DNA from: Lama guanicoe
Taxonomy: Eukaryota
Reading direction: 5' to 3'
Assembly: GCA_013239625.1 (NCBI GenBank)
Contig: MU054220.1
Coordinates: 3,907,374-3,971,373, forward strand
Length of the DNA stretch: 64,000 nt
Below, piece by piece: positions 26,049 to 37,674 of the stretch. Made by a program: the position numbers and the translations under genes. The number at the start of each line of letters is the position of its first letter. Position 1 is the first letter of the stretch. Below the pieces are notes generated by a model. It saw nothing but the letters and a program-made list of their open reading frames with translations, had not been told where the DNA came from and did not search any database.

Positions 26049-28102
26049 CGAAGGACTGATGCCCAAGCGCTTTTCTGCATCGGTTTATTTCACTCTGGCA
26101 TGGAAATGGGGTCCATTATGTTCATTCATTCATTCAGCAAATATGTATCAAATGCCTGTATGTACCAGGCATTGTGTTCCACACGGGGGGCATGGCAAAG
26201 AACAAGCCAGAAGCCTTCCCTGCTCTCAAGAAACTTAGAATTCAACAGAGAAGTCACACATTTTAACCAGCAATTACAATTTACTCTCACCAGAGCTCCA
26301 GTGGGAAAAACAGTACCCAGCATAAGGCGCTGAGAGGCTCATCTGTAAAATGAGGACGATGCTAAGAATTCTTAGATCTTAGAATCATTTGGGGGAGTAA
26401 CTAAGATAATGTGTATAAAGCGTTGATAGTGTGTATAGAACTCACTAAATGTTAGTTTTTAACGTCTGTGCATGTGTGGCTCTGAGCAGTCTCCATCCAG
26501 TTTAAAGAAGAGACGGCCATCCAGACAGGTAGAGTGACTTGTCTAAGTTTCTCAGCCAGTGAGAGCCCTCAGCACAGGAATGTTCCCAGCACCCAAGTTG
26601 CCTCAGGGGAGGGGAGACGTGTAGTTGTGGGATATGAAATCTCCCCATTGCCGAGAAGACCCTCAGGCCTCCTGGCTTTGTATCTCTGTACCCCTCCTAC
26701 TCCCATAGACACACCAGCTGGCGTTGCCGGGCCAGGCAAAGGCTCTTCACAGCTAGACTCTGGTCTGCCAGGGCACCTGGGTAGGCCCACTGCCAGCCTG
26801 GAGGAGGCAGCCTTGACAGGAGAGGAGCTCTGGGAAACTTGGAAGGCCTGTGGCTAAGCCCCCAGCCAGGGAGTGTGATCCCCCTGGGACGGGGAGATGG
26901 CCGGGGCCGTCCCTGAACTCCCCATTTGTAAACAGCTCAGCCAGGAGGGGCAGGGCACTGTGCCCGGTGCCTGGTGCTGGAGGCTGGCTGCTGCCTGGCA
27001 GCTAAGCAGAGGGGTGGGGTAGGCGGGTGGGGATGAAGGATGGCGGGGACTTGTCAGCTCTGGACGCAGGGGAGTGGGGTGGAGCCTGTGGTTCGCGCTC
27101 CACATCTCCAGCGCACGCGCCCTCCTTCCTGGCCTGCTGCCACTCATAGCATTACCAGGACCTGAGCATCCAGGGAGCCGGCCAGCTCTGAGAGTGGGGG
27201 AACATTTTCTAGCACCCCTACTACACTCTCCTTCTCTCAGCCTCCCAGCCACCTATCTGCCATGCTCAGAGCCCAGGGGAAATTTCAAAAAAAAATTTTT
27301 AAAAAAGCCATAGCTATGGTCATAGAGTGAGAAGAGGCCCCACCCTAAATTCAGCTAAATCTGGAACAAAATTGTGTCCTGGCCACTTACTAATTAGGTG
27401 GCCTCGGTGTGGCCATTTCACTTCTCTGGAGCCTCAGTTTTCCCATCTGTAAAGTGGGGATGATCTTAACTACCCCAGTGTTGCTGCAAGGATTACATGT
27501 GCTGAGTGAGGGCTTGGCACACAAGAGGGATCCAGGAAACATCATGAAAGGAAGAATGCTGTGAAAAAAGGCAAAGGACAGGCCCTCGATAAATATTTTC
27601 TATTACATAGGAGGTGGAATAAAAAAGAAATAAATGATCCCAGCATCTGTGCCTTTTTCTTCCTAAAAGCACACGTGAATTAGAGGCATCGGCTGGGGTG
27701 AGAAGGGGCGGGGTGAGATACGGCATAATTCTTGGGGAATGGAAGGCTGAGAACATTCTTCATGACATCAGCGCCTGTGTACAGAATACATTATGCTCTC
27801 GAGTGCTGCTGGCTTTCTCTGACATTGAAGCTCGTCCGGGAAGGAGATTCAGAACTGAGTCCATGAAGACAGATTTTAGGTTCTAATTCTCCTTCTGCCT
27901 CTGGCTGTTCAGGCAGGCTTGGAAGAGGTCCGTGTCTTCCCCAAGCCTCAGTTTTCCTGTCTGTAAAGTGAGGATCCAACAACACTCTGAGGTGCTGGGC
28001 GGATTAAATAAAGTGATGCATGTTGAGAGATTGAGACTGGGCCTGGTGTACGGTAGGCCCTCAGCAAACGGTGGCTGCTGTTTTTATTGCCTAAGCTCAT
28101 CA

Positions 28103-28480
28103 TTGTACCAGTTAGCTATTGCTGTGTAATAACTGCTCCCCCCTCCAATTTAGGGGCCTAAAACAACCACAATTCATTTAGCTTACGATTCTGCATGCTG
28201 ACAGTTCAGGTTGGGCCCAGCTGGGTGATTCTTTGGACCCTATCTTGTGTCTGTGGTTAACCACAGGTGAGCTGAGCAACTCTGCTTGCCAGCGTGGGCT
28301 GGCTCCCAGTGGGGGTGATGAGGTGACTCTCATCCTCCAGCAGGCTAACCTGGGCTTCTTCAGGGGCAGTGGCAGGGTTTTGAGAGAGAGAGAGAGAGGC
28401 AGTGCACAAAACTTCTTGAGTCTTGGGCTCAAGGGACGATTCCCACCTCAGCTGCCTGCTCTGCCCTGTGACACCAGCAA
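28103..28480 (-). mobile_element. MaLR (MLT1-type) LTR relic
   Basis: tgtaccagttagctattgctgtgtaataac...taaaacaaccacaattcatttagcttacgattctg. Confidence 0.65.
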
Positions 28481-31400
28481 CAAAGCCCGTCGCTTTCTCA
28501 GATGGTTTCACCGCTCTGTGCCCCAACCCCAGCCAGATCCCGGTTGCCACCTTCAAATCCTTTTACCCTTAGGAGATGGAGACCAGGCACACACATCCCA
28601 TTCATGGAGTCATGGGGACCCGATGACCCACGTCCCCCACGGAAACCCCATGGAGTCCCTGTCCCCTCAGTCCTCAGGGGAAGGAAGTACACACAGCACA
28701 CCTGGACACAGGTGTGTCCTCTGCCCCTCCCCGCAGGGCAGCCCCAGCTGTCTGCTAAACAAACTCATTAAACTATCCCTGAAGAGGTATTTTGGACCAT
28801 CACCAGCTATAGAGAGCTTCTCCTGCCCACGGTGAGGGGACACGAGGCTATTAGTTCCCCTTGGGGGCAAGGAGTGCCTGGTTCTCATTTGCATTCACAT
28901 TTTGGTTGGTTCATGTGCATCCTCCTCCACTCGGTGAGCCAGCCTCCTGATGGAGTGGCAGCCCCCGCGGTGTCCCAGGCAACGGAAACATCAGGTGGAA
29001 ATAGCCAGTCCAGGGACAGACCTCTTCTGTCCTCTGTGCATTCACCAGCAGGTGGAGACAGGGTCTTGATCATCTGTCACCGAAACGATGTGCATGCTCC
29101 AGTTTATGTTTGTATTTATCGCCTGTGCCCTGCCCTAGGCTGTAAGCTCCGCGATGCCAGGAGCTTGCTGACCTTGGTGGTCCCCGATTCATCCCACAGA
29201 GCCTGGCACACAGTGGATGCCCAATAGTTACTGCACAGAAGGGTGGATGAAAAGTTGGATTTAACTGAGTTGAGCCCCCTCCCAAAGGGCTTCTCTACTC
29301 CTTTTCTGAACCAGGGGTCTTTATTCCCGGTGGCCTTGAGGCCTATGGTGGAAAGAGCTCTGACATAGAGCCATAGGCCCTGAGGGCCAATCCCAGCTTC
29401 TCCACGTCCTGTGTGACCATAGACACAAGGTGGGATGTGCAGTAGTACTGGTCGTCCACTGCCACCTTCAGGGGAGCCATTTATTTAGACTACAATGTGA
29501 ATGACTCCCCCTGGGTCTGTGCAGTGGGGTAGGCCTGCAGCTAGCGACTTAGCTTTTCCAAGTCTCAGTTTTCATAACCGTCTACTCTGCTGGGATGTGA
29601 AGTTTAAAGGTTAACACTAAGCACACGGCAGCTGCTGCGATGGTGACGTTGAGCTGTGACTGGGAAGGAGGCAGGGTGCCAGGGAGATGATCCCAGCCTG
29701 CGTGCCTGCTGGCTGCCGGCCCCTCGCCTCTTGCTGCCCTGGCTGCCCCTTTGCCTGCTGCTGAGTCACACCTCGCCCTGCAGAGTCGGCCCATATTCCC
29801 AGCGTCTCTGGGCATAGGTCCTGTTGACAGCATCGTTCTCACTGTCGCCCTCCCTCCTCTCTATGGTTTTCTCGGGTTCAGGCCTGTCCCTCTCCTCCCA
29901 CCCAACCAGACCCCAGGAGAGTGACACCTCTGGGCCCCCATGAAACAGCATCAAAGGGGTTGCCATCACTGTGGAAGCCCCAAGCTGGGCTCACTCAGGT
30001 GTGTGATGCAGGGGCAGAGGCCAAACCTTTCATTCCTGTCAGCGGCCACCAGCACCCTCTCCTGCCCACTGCCCCCCAGGGGGCAGCCGGGACCTCTCCA
30101 GCTCCCACCTTCCATCCTCCCCGCTACCTGCAGCAGTTCCTGCCGGTGCCCCTACACCCCAGCAGCCTGCAGGAAGTCCACTCCTGTTCCCAGAGGGTGT
30201 GGCTTGAGGCATCTTAGGTAACATTAGGGAGCGAGAGCTTGGCTGGGGCCTGGCAGTCCCCCAGCACAGAAGGCAGGTGCTGGGGAGATGACTTCAGAGG
30301 GGGCGGCTGGGGGTGGGGGCCAGCGCTCACAGCTGAGCTGTCCTCTCGCGGCCCCTTCTACCTGGCTGTACCTTCCCCAGAAGCCAGGAGGCTCCGCCTC
30401 ACTAGGCAGGGGCCTGGACACAGATTCCTTCCTGCCCTGGCACCAGCCTCTTGGCCTGGAGGCACCAAAGTTCTCCAACCTACCCGGTGGGATCAGGGAG
30501 ACCCACCCCCAGGGGACGGGGAATCCCACTAAGGCCAAAGACAGACATGGGACGAGGCTGCATGGGAAGTGGCTCATTATGTATGTCACGTCACTCGATT
30601 CCCACAGTAACACTGGGAGCTAGGACTTGCGGTTCCCATTCCACAAATGAGACTAAGAGAGGTGAAGTCACTGGGCCCGTCACCCCTGTGAGAAGGAGGT
30701 GTTTTGATTTTACTTGGTTTCTGCCGGGAAGGGGTTGCCAGGGGAATGGCTGACTCCTGTGGAGTGTGGCTGGAGGGGGAGGCTGAGTGATGAGACTTCC
30801 ACCCCCTTTCCTGTTTGTTCCACTCGCTGTTCATTATTCTACTTCCTTCCACAGGATGCCAGAGGCCTTGGATGGGCCCCTGGGGTCCCGCCCCACACTC
30901 AGCATGGACCGTGCTGACAGCAGCTGGCAGCTGTATTCAGGCGTGTGTAAGTGTGGACAGGTGAATGGGCAAGACCCCCGACGTTCAGAACACAGGTGCC
31001 ATGGAGGTGTCTCCACGGAGGGGTTCTCAGGAGCCTGGAACAGGGCCTGGCACATAGCAGGTGCTCATTAAGTATGCATGGAATGAATGAGTGAACCTTA
31101 GCCCACAGGGAACAGCGGGGTGTTAGCCCTGAGGCAGTGTGGCAACTCAAGTCTCTGTCCCTCTGCAGGGGAAGGAGGTGGTGGCAGTCCTGGCCCACGA
31201 GACATGCTGGTGGTGGGCCAGCCCAGTGTCACAGTGACCCTCCCTTCACTTGCTACTCCTCAGCCTGGGGGACTTACACACCTGGAAGACCCCAGGGCAG
31301 GGGCTGGGGAGGCTCTGCTTGGAAACAGGCGGGATTGGGTTTGGTAGTGAGATGCTCCGCCAGGGTAAGCCTGGAACGTTCCAGAATGGCAGACATTTGG

Positions 31401-32497
31401 CCTTTCCTGCCCACCACTGGCCACATGCAGCTTAGTCTGAGAGAAGAGCTGAAGGTCCTCCCAGATGGGAATGGACTGAGCTCAGGGGGTTTCAGGGCAT
31501 GTGTGTGCATACAGCCATGTCCGTTATTAAAACACTGAAATATTTCTCTACTGGTGGATAACAATCCCTGTAGGCCAGTCTCCAGGTGGCCCTGCACCTC
31601 CCGCCAATCCACACAGGAGGACCTCCTCCCACTCAAGTCTGCCTTCCATCCCCATCAGTCAGTGTCCACGCCCAGTGGCTCCCCCAAAGTCCAGCTTCCT
31701 GGACACTTCCTAGGCACTGCCATTGGCTCCCCAAAACACCCAGAGAGCGAGCTGGTGCCCACCTAGACCTCCTACCTGTCCCCAGGGAACTGCGGGCAGG
31801 AACTTCCCAGGAGCTCAGCAGCCAGGCACCATGGGGCCCCTTTGCCAGTCCTCTGAGCAGCATGTCCTTGGCCTGGACTTTGGTGGGAGAGATGGCAACC
31901 CGGGGGCAGCCCCTCCCCTGCAGGTCTGGTGGCAGCTCAGCTGGTCCAGCCACCCAGGGAGGGAGAGGCAGGAGGCTGGCAGCCCCAGGCGGGCTCCGGA
32001 CACGTGACCAGTTCTTGGGGCCAGTCCGGGAATTAGAGAAGCCAGTCTGCAGTCCCTCTCAGTGGAAATTTATGGGCCTGGGAGGGGAAGTGGGTGGCAG
32101 CAACTGGGTTCCCCCAGGAGGTAGGGGTGAGCGGCCATCAGGCTTTACAACATAACCCTGGGGGCGTCGCAGGAAGTCGTGGGCAGGGGGAGGCTGTGGA
32201 GGCAGGACGTGCGTTCCAGCCCTGGCTCTTGCACCTTCCAGCTGTGACGCCTGGGATGTGCCTCACAAGGTGGGCGTGCCTGGAGGAAGCGAGCAGGGGC
32301 TTAGCCCGACCCCTTCATCACTTCTGACTTTTACTCTGTCTTCTCCAAAGCATTTTGCAGACAGAGTTTTGAGCTCAATCCCACTCTGTATGGCACAGGG
32401 TCTGTGAGAACAGGCCAGGTAGAACCTTCAATACTTCCTTCCCCTCCCCGTCGCCTGCCCAAGAAGGAGGTGACACAGGTCCTATTTAGGTCGGAGG

Positions 32498-32511
32498 TCA
32501 GCAGGTGGCAG
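32498..32511 (+). promoter_or_regulatory. CTCF-like motif TCAGCAGGTGGCAG
   Basis: 13/14 match to CCASYAGRKGGCRS. Confidence 0.45.
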
Positions 32512-34169
32512 TGGCAAGGACAAGAGTGACCTTGGGTTTCCCTTGCCCCCTACCTTCTCGAGGCTTGCAGCTTCAGCCACAGAGCCCCAGGCATCTGGGC
32601 CTGACCCACCCAGATTTCAATCCACATTCTCAGCCAGCTTACACCTGCTGCCACTCTTTGGGGAGGAGGCGCTCGGCTTCCTGGACCATCCCGGCACCCT
32701 CGTTTTCCCACCACCCAGGCCAAGGGGGCTTGGGGAGGAGATGTGCATGGGGGAAGAAAGGGACCCGGGGTGTCTTCATGTTCATCTGACTGCTGCTCCC
32801 ACGCTGTGTCACCCCCAACTCCAGGGTCCTGATGGATCCTGAGAGGGCACCCGGGCCCAGGCCCCTGTCTGCAATATCAGATATACCCTCACACCTGCTT
32901 CTCTCAGATGTCCCGCTGCGGGGGCCCCACCCTTAAGCATCACAGACGGGCCAAGGAGCTCCGCCATCTGGCTGCCTAGACTCTCTCACCACTGCCTCAC
33001 AGGACCCAGTGCTCCTCAGTCCCCACCTCCTGCAGACTCTCACCTTCCGCTGCCAGGGTCTCGGACACTGGGAGATGGGCAAAGCCCAGGGGGACAGTCA
33101 CTTACTCTGGAGCGGGGTTCCCAGGGGGCCAGGTGCCTTGCTGAAGCTCTACGTCTTTCACATCACCTGATCCTTGCATGACCCTGTCACCATCCCAGTG
33201 CTCAGTTGAGAAAAGGGAGGCAGAGTTTTGCCAGAGGTCATGTGGCTACCAAACACCAGAACCTTTGTTGAGTTCTGCCTGACCCAGGGGCCAACGCCTT
33301 CTCAGGGCAGGGGTGGGTGTCTGCAAACCACCCCCCGACACACACAAACAGTGATGTAGAATTGCTGCATGGGCGTGGAGGGACCTCTGAGCTGAATCAG
33401 ACCCTGTCCCCGCCCCGCACAGCCCAAGTTCAGCTGAAGCTCCAGATTCTTCTTCTCTGATCAGGGGCCCCAGCCCACAGCCAGGGACCAAGCCTTGTCT
33501 CTTGGCCTCTCTCCCCTTGCAAGCCCATCTTCAGCGCAGGGTAGCACGTGGTCCCTCTGTGGGGCATCTAGACAGACAGTAAGTGTGGGACGGCTCCCGG
33601 CTGCCTTGATAGCAGGACCACGTTCGCCTTCAGACTGTGCAACCTGATGGCCAGTGTGGCTCCCGCTCCTCTTAGCAACAGCAGAATGTTGAGGACACTG
33701 TTTAAGCTCTTGTTCTTCATGGTCCTTATCTGTAAAACGGGGATAATGATAAACGTGCACCTCATAGGATTGTAGTGCGTAGATCAGTTAACGTATGGTG
33801 GGACTAGTACAGAGCAAGTGCTATCTAAGCACCAATTATGTAAAACTATCACCTGGTTGCTTCACGCGCATTTTCTGTATCTTCCCGGTTCCTCCTTGGC
33901 AGACAGCACAGCTTCTGTCCCTGTTTCCAGTCACCAGCTCAAGGTCAGGCACAGTAGCCTCATTTATGCTTTTTGTTCCCCCCATGAAAGGCTATCAAAG
34001 TTTGTGGGTCTGACGGTGGTCTTGAATTCTAGATTCCAGCCAGCCACATTCTTCCCAGTGGCTAAGCTAAGGAAATCTTGGGAAGTGAGAGCTATATAAT
34101 TGACAAAGATCCCCCTTTTTGCTCTGGCCAGCAGGAAGCTCAGAGACAAAATTATATACGGTTCAACTA

Positions 34170-34388
34170 AACAACTAGAGCTCAAGAATGCAACTGCTTT
34201 CATTTTGTGTTCCAACTAGACCGATCAATAGTGCTGTGTTGAGAAGGATTCAGAGGTTGCAAAGAGTGATATCAGCTGGAAGCATGCCAGGGTACACCTG
34301 GGCTAAGAAAATGGGAACAGTGATCAATTAGTGATGTCTGCTGTGAGTACAGCCATGGGGAACATGCCATGTATTTGCTATCACTAGG
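34170..34388. mobile_element. hAT-Charlie relic (MER102-like)
   Basis: ctgtgttgagaaggattc...gatcaattagtgatgtctgc...tgccatgtatttgctatcact. Confidence 0.55.
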
Positions 34389-35082
34389 TTGGGCAACTCA
34401 AATAAACTTGTGCTAATTTCACCCAAGTCTATACTTCCTCATAAATTTCTATTTTCTCTATTAAGTTTTACATTTTATTATATGTACTTCCTTTGTGGAA
34501 TGAGGCAAGTCATAAATTAAATAAGCTGGAACAGCTTCACCCAGAGCCCTCAGCCCTCTGAGCCTGGTAGGAGCTCCCGGGACAGTCCCTGATTGCGGTG
34601 AACAGCGCCCCTGGAGTCAAGGTTTCTTCAGCCCAGGGTTGTGTCCGTGGCCTCCCACAAGCCTGAAAGTGGGTTTGCCCTCGATTTCAGCTGCAGAAAT
34701 CCTCTTGCAAGAAATTAATTAGGTTCAAGATCAAGAGTTAGACTGTCCCTAAGACGTGCCCCTCCCTCCTTGCTGGAGGACAAGGCTATCCCAGGCCCAC
34801 CCTCCATCCCGTCTTTCTCTGGGGAGCATCCGTACCTACATCTTATCAGGGCCAGAGAATCTAAAGCAACTTGATTCAGGCATCACCTCGGAGGACTGCT
34901 AAAGATGCAGGTTCTTTGACTCCAGCCCAGACCTCCTGCTTCAGAATTCCTGAGCCCTGGAATCTGTACTTTCACCCACGAACTCACCAGAGTGAGAGAC
35001 CCACAGGTCTGGGGCTGGCGAGGCGCCTGGAATAACCAGGGAACAACTTTGGGTTCCATCAGGCTCCTAGGCTGGGGAAGCA

Positions 35083-35096
35083 GCGCCACCTGGTGG
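35083..35096 (-). promoter_or_regulatory. CTCF core motif CCACCAGGTGGCGC
   Basis: Exact match to consensus CCASYAGRKGGCRS, followed by TG. Confidence 0.65.
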
Positions 35097-35882
35097 GCCC
35101 CCTGAAACACAGCCACTGCCCTCCTGCCCCACTTCGGGGAGGCAAGTCCTCTACCCATCCCTTCCTTTGCCTTCAGGGCCCTCGAGAGGTTGGAAAGGAG
35201 GAGACAGAGGGGCAACTATCCTCCTAGATCGGCCTTCTCCAGCCTTCCATACCTACCCCACCCAAGGGAGCTTCTCCCATCCTATGTCCTAAAGTAGCTG
35301 TGAAGGCAGAGCATCTGAACACCTCCTCTGGGCTTCAGGACGCTGGGGTTCACACCTGTGTACAAGCTAGTGCTTCCTTTAAAGTCTCATATTGCCCCTT
35401 TAAAAGTTTCCTGAATTCTGCACATCTTACTCCATCACATTTCTTTATTATGAAAATATTTCCTTCCTTTGTAAAAACTGGATGCTCTAGAAAGAGGCTG
35501 AGTTTATCTTGTGGCTTCACTGACCCCCATCATCCCAGCCAGCCCCCTTTGGTGTATTTTTTGGGGGCACTTCGTCCCTGGTCTCAGAGGCTGGAACCTA
35601 GGGGTAACATCCACCTGTTTGAACACACAAATAAACCTTCTTCATGTCGGTGGCCAGGCAGGTGGACCAGAGCTGAGGGTCACACTTCTCACGCACCAGG
35701 CTGAACAGTGTGGGCCAGAGATGCTCCAAAAGACCCCTCTGCCCTGAAGACCGCACTGAGGCCCCCACCACTCTTTCCTGCAGATCCAGCCACTCTGTTC
35801 ATATTGTCTCTGCCCTTTGGTCCTCCCCCTACCCTGGGAAGCCGCATCCCCACCGTAGCAGACCGGATTGTTACAAATCCTT

Positions 35883-35888
35883 TTTAAT
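35883..35888 (-). terminator. Candidate CD82 polyadenylation signal ATTAAA (about 0.82 kb after the stop codon)
   Basis: Minus strand reads ...GATGACTGATTATTAAAAAGGATTTGTAAC; an AT-rich island in a GC-rich UTR. Alternatives at 36368-36373 and 35444-35449. Confidence 0.55.
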
Positions 35889-36707
35889 AATCAGTCATCC
35901 GCATTTTACAGAACTGTGCACAGGGCCCCAGCCCACTCCCCTACAAGGCACAGCCTCACCCACCCACTCCCTGGGGGGCAGAGGACAGGAGAAAGCATCC
36001 CCCACCCTTCCCTGGACAGCTCAGGATCCTGGTGAACGCAGGGCCAGCTCTTCACCCCTCTGATTCCCTAAGCAGCCCAGGGATGGTCCAGACCCCCTTG
36101 CCCAAGCAGCCCTGTTTCAGTCCAGCTCACCCAGGCCCTGCCCCCATGGCATGGCCCAGACTGATCTGAGCTGCTGGGGTGAGGGTGGGTCAGACCCGGG
36201 GAAGGGGTCCTGCTCCTCGTGTAAGGTAAAGCCTACCCTCTCCCACTACCCCAGTGAAAATGAGAAAACCAAAGAGAGAAGCATCAGAGAGGAAACAAAG
36301 CTGACCCACGCAGTGGGCAGTCCCCTGACAGCCCGGGGTGCCTTATCTACTCCGCTGCCCCCAAACTTTTAATACACTTTCTCTGACATGATATATACAG
36401 CACCTGAGGCAGGTGGAAACCCAGCCCACCTATGCGGGGAGTGTTTTCTCTGAGCTGCTAAGACAACCCAGGCAGACACTGGGTAGAGGAGCCACAGAAG
36501 AGCTGGGGCTTAAGGCTGGTGGCAGAAAAGCAAAGGAGAGGAGGGGCCCAGGCCCCAGAAAGCTCCCCCACCCCACTTTCTAGCCAGCACAGGACGGACT
36601 AGTGGTCTTGTAAGTGAGGCGGGAGGCAGGCCTGGAGGAGGGAGCCAGGGAGACCCCTAGAAGCCCTGAGGTTAGGGGACAGGCAGGGAGGTGGGGACAG
36701 CAGCTGC

Positions 36708-36785
36708 TCAGTACTTGGGGACCTCGCTGTAGTCTTCAGAATGGATGTGCCGGCACAGAGACATGGACAGGAGCATCCCCAGGAG
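36708..36785 (-). CDS. CD82: CD82 terminal coding exon (LLGMLLSMSLCRHIHSEDYSEVPKY*)
   Basis: 78 nt; acceptor ccacag; TGA at 36710-36708; YxxPhi sorting motif YSEV. Confidence 0.97.
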   Translation of the reverse strand, partial: LLGMLLSMSLCRHIHSEDYSEVPKY

Positions 36786-37084
36786 CTGTGGAGGGAGACG
36801 GCCAAAGTCAGGGGCAGGCAGAGCTGCCCAGGTCTCCAGAGACCTCAGGGCAGCATCCTGCTGTCCAGGTCCACACACGGGGCCTGATGTGGGCTATGGG
36901 GATCCTTAACTAGACCCCCAGGGTCAGCCTGTGATCCAGGTGGCAGGCAGGGCCAGTGGTCAGGCCGGGTTTGCTGCAGGGCCTCTAGAAGCAGATGGGC
37001 TTCAACCCACCCTCCCCCTAGGACATCTGCAGAGTGGGGACATGCAGGGGATGGCGTGGGGATGGCTGGGGAAGGGACCCAGAC

Positions 37085-37168
37085 CTCAATGACAGCGACG
37101 CCCACACACACGCCTAGGATGATGCCCAGGTTCTCCTGCAGCCACGCCTGCACCTTCTTCATGCAGCC
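37085..37168 (-). CDS. CD82: CD82 coding exon 7 (GCMKKVQAWLQENLGIILGVCVGVAVIE)
   Basis: 84 nt; acceptor ttcctag, donor GTCTGG; last loop cysteine and first part of TM4. Confidence 0.96.
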
Positions 37169-37461
37169 CTAGGAAGGGAGAACACAGCCACGTCACCCCA
37201 CCATGTGCCGCCTCCCCCCACCAGGCAGCATCGCCAGGAGGGCTCACGCCCCGGCCAGGGAACACTGCCTGTTCCCTGAATGGATACATTCATGAATACA
37301 GAGATGAAGGTACAAATGACAAGCGAACAAATGAATCAAAGGCAGGAACAGCTCAATGACGAAAGGAAAGATGGCACAATAGCCCAGGTGAGCCAAAGGA
37401 GACCGAGCGTCTGAACCCGCCGCACCCCCAGCCCAGCCCCGGCCCACAACCTTCCACACAC

Positions 37462-37674
37462 CTCGTGGTAGACGGGCCAGAACTCCGGGCTGTTGACTCC
37501 AGGCTGGGTGGTGTTGCTGTCGGGGATCTGGCAGAAGCCCTTCCTCAGCTGGAGCCTGTGGTCATCCTCCTCTCTCTCGATCTCGCAGGAACAGGGGTAG
37601 GTGATGTTGGTGTGATTCATAAGCTCGGCGTTTTCTGTCCAGTTGTAGAAGCTGACCCAGCCGCAGCACCTCAC
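37462..37674 (-). CDS. CD82: CD82 coding exon 6 (VRCCGWVSFYNWTEN...PCSC...GFC...WPVYHE, 71 aa)
   Basis: 213 nt; acceptor gcccag, donor GTGTGT; CCG and PCSC motifs. Confidence 0.96.

Noticed and set aside
34603..34618. CTCF-like CAGCGCCCCTGGAGT, plus partial matches near 9646, 15150, 29045, 39753 and 41881
   Set aside because: Each has wrong spacing or a mismatch in the GGC core; such partial matches are expected by chance.
1..35400. Exons of a neighbouring gene (TSPAN18 lies downstream of CD82 in human) or a processed pseudogene
   Set aside because: I found no tetraspanin-like or other recognisable coding segment. Non-coding exons cannot be excluded by eye, and the unassigned stretches at about 22060-22500 and 24260-24560 merit a BLAST search.
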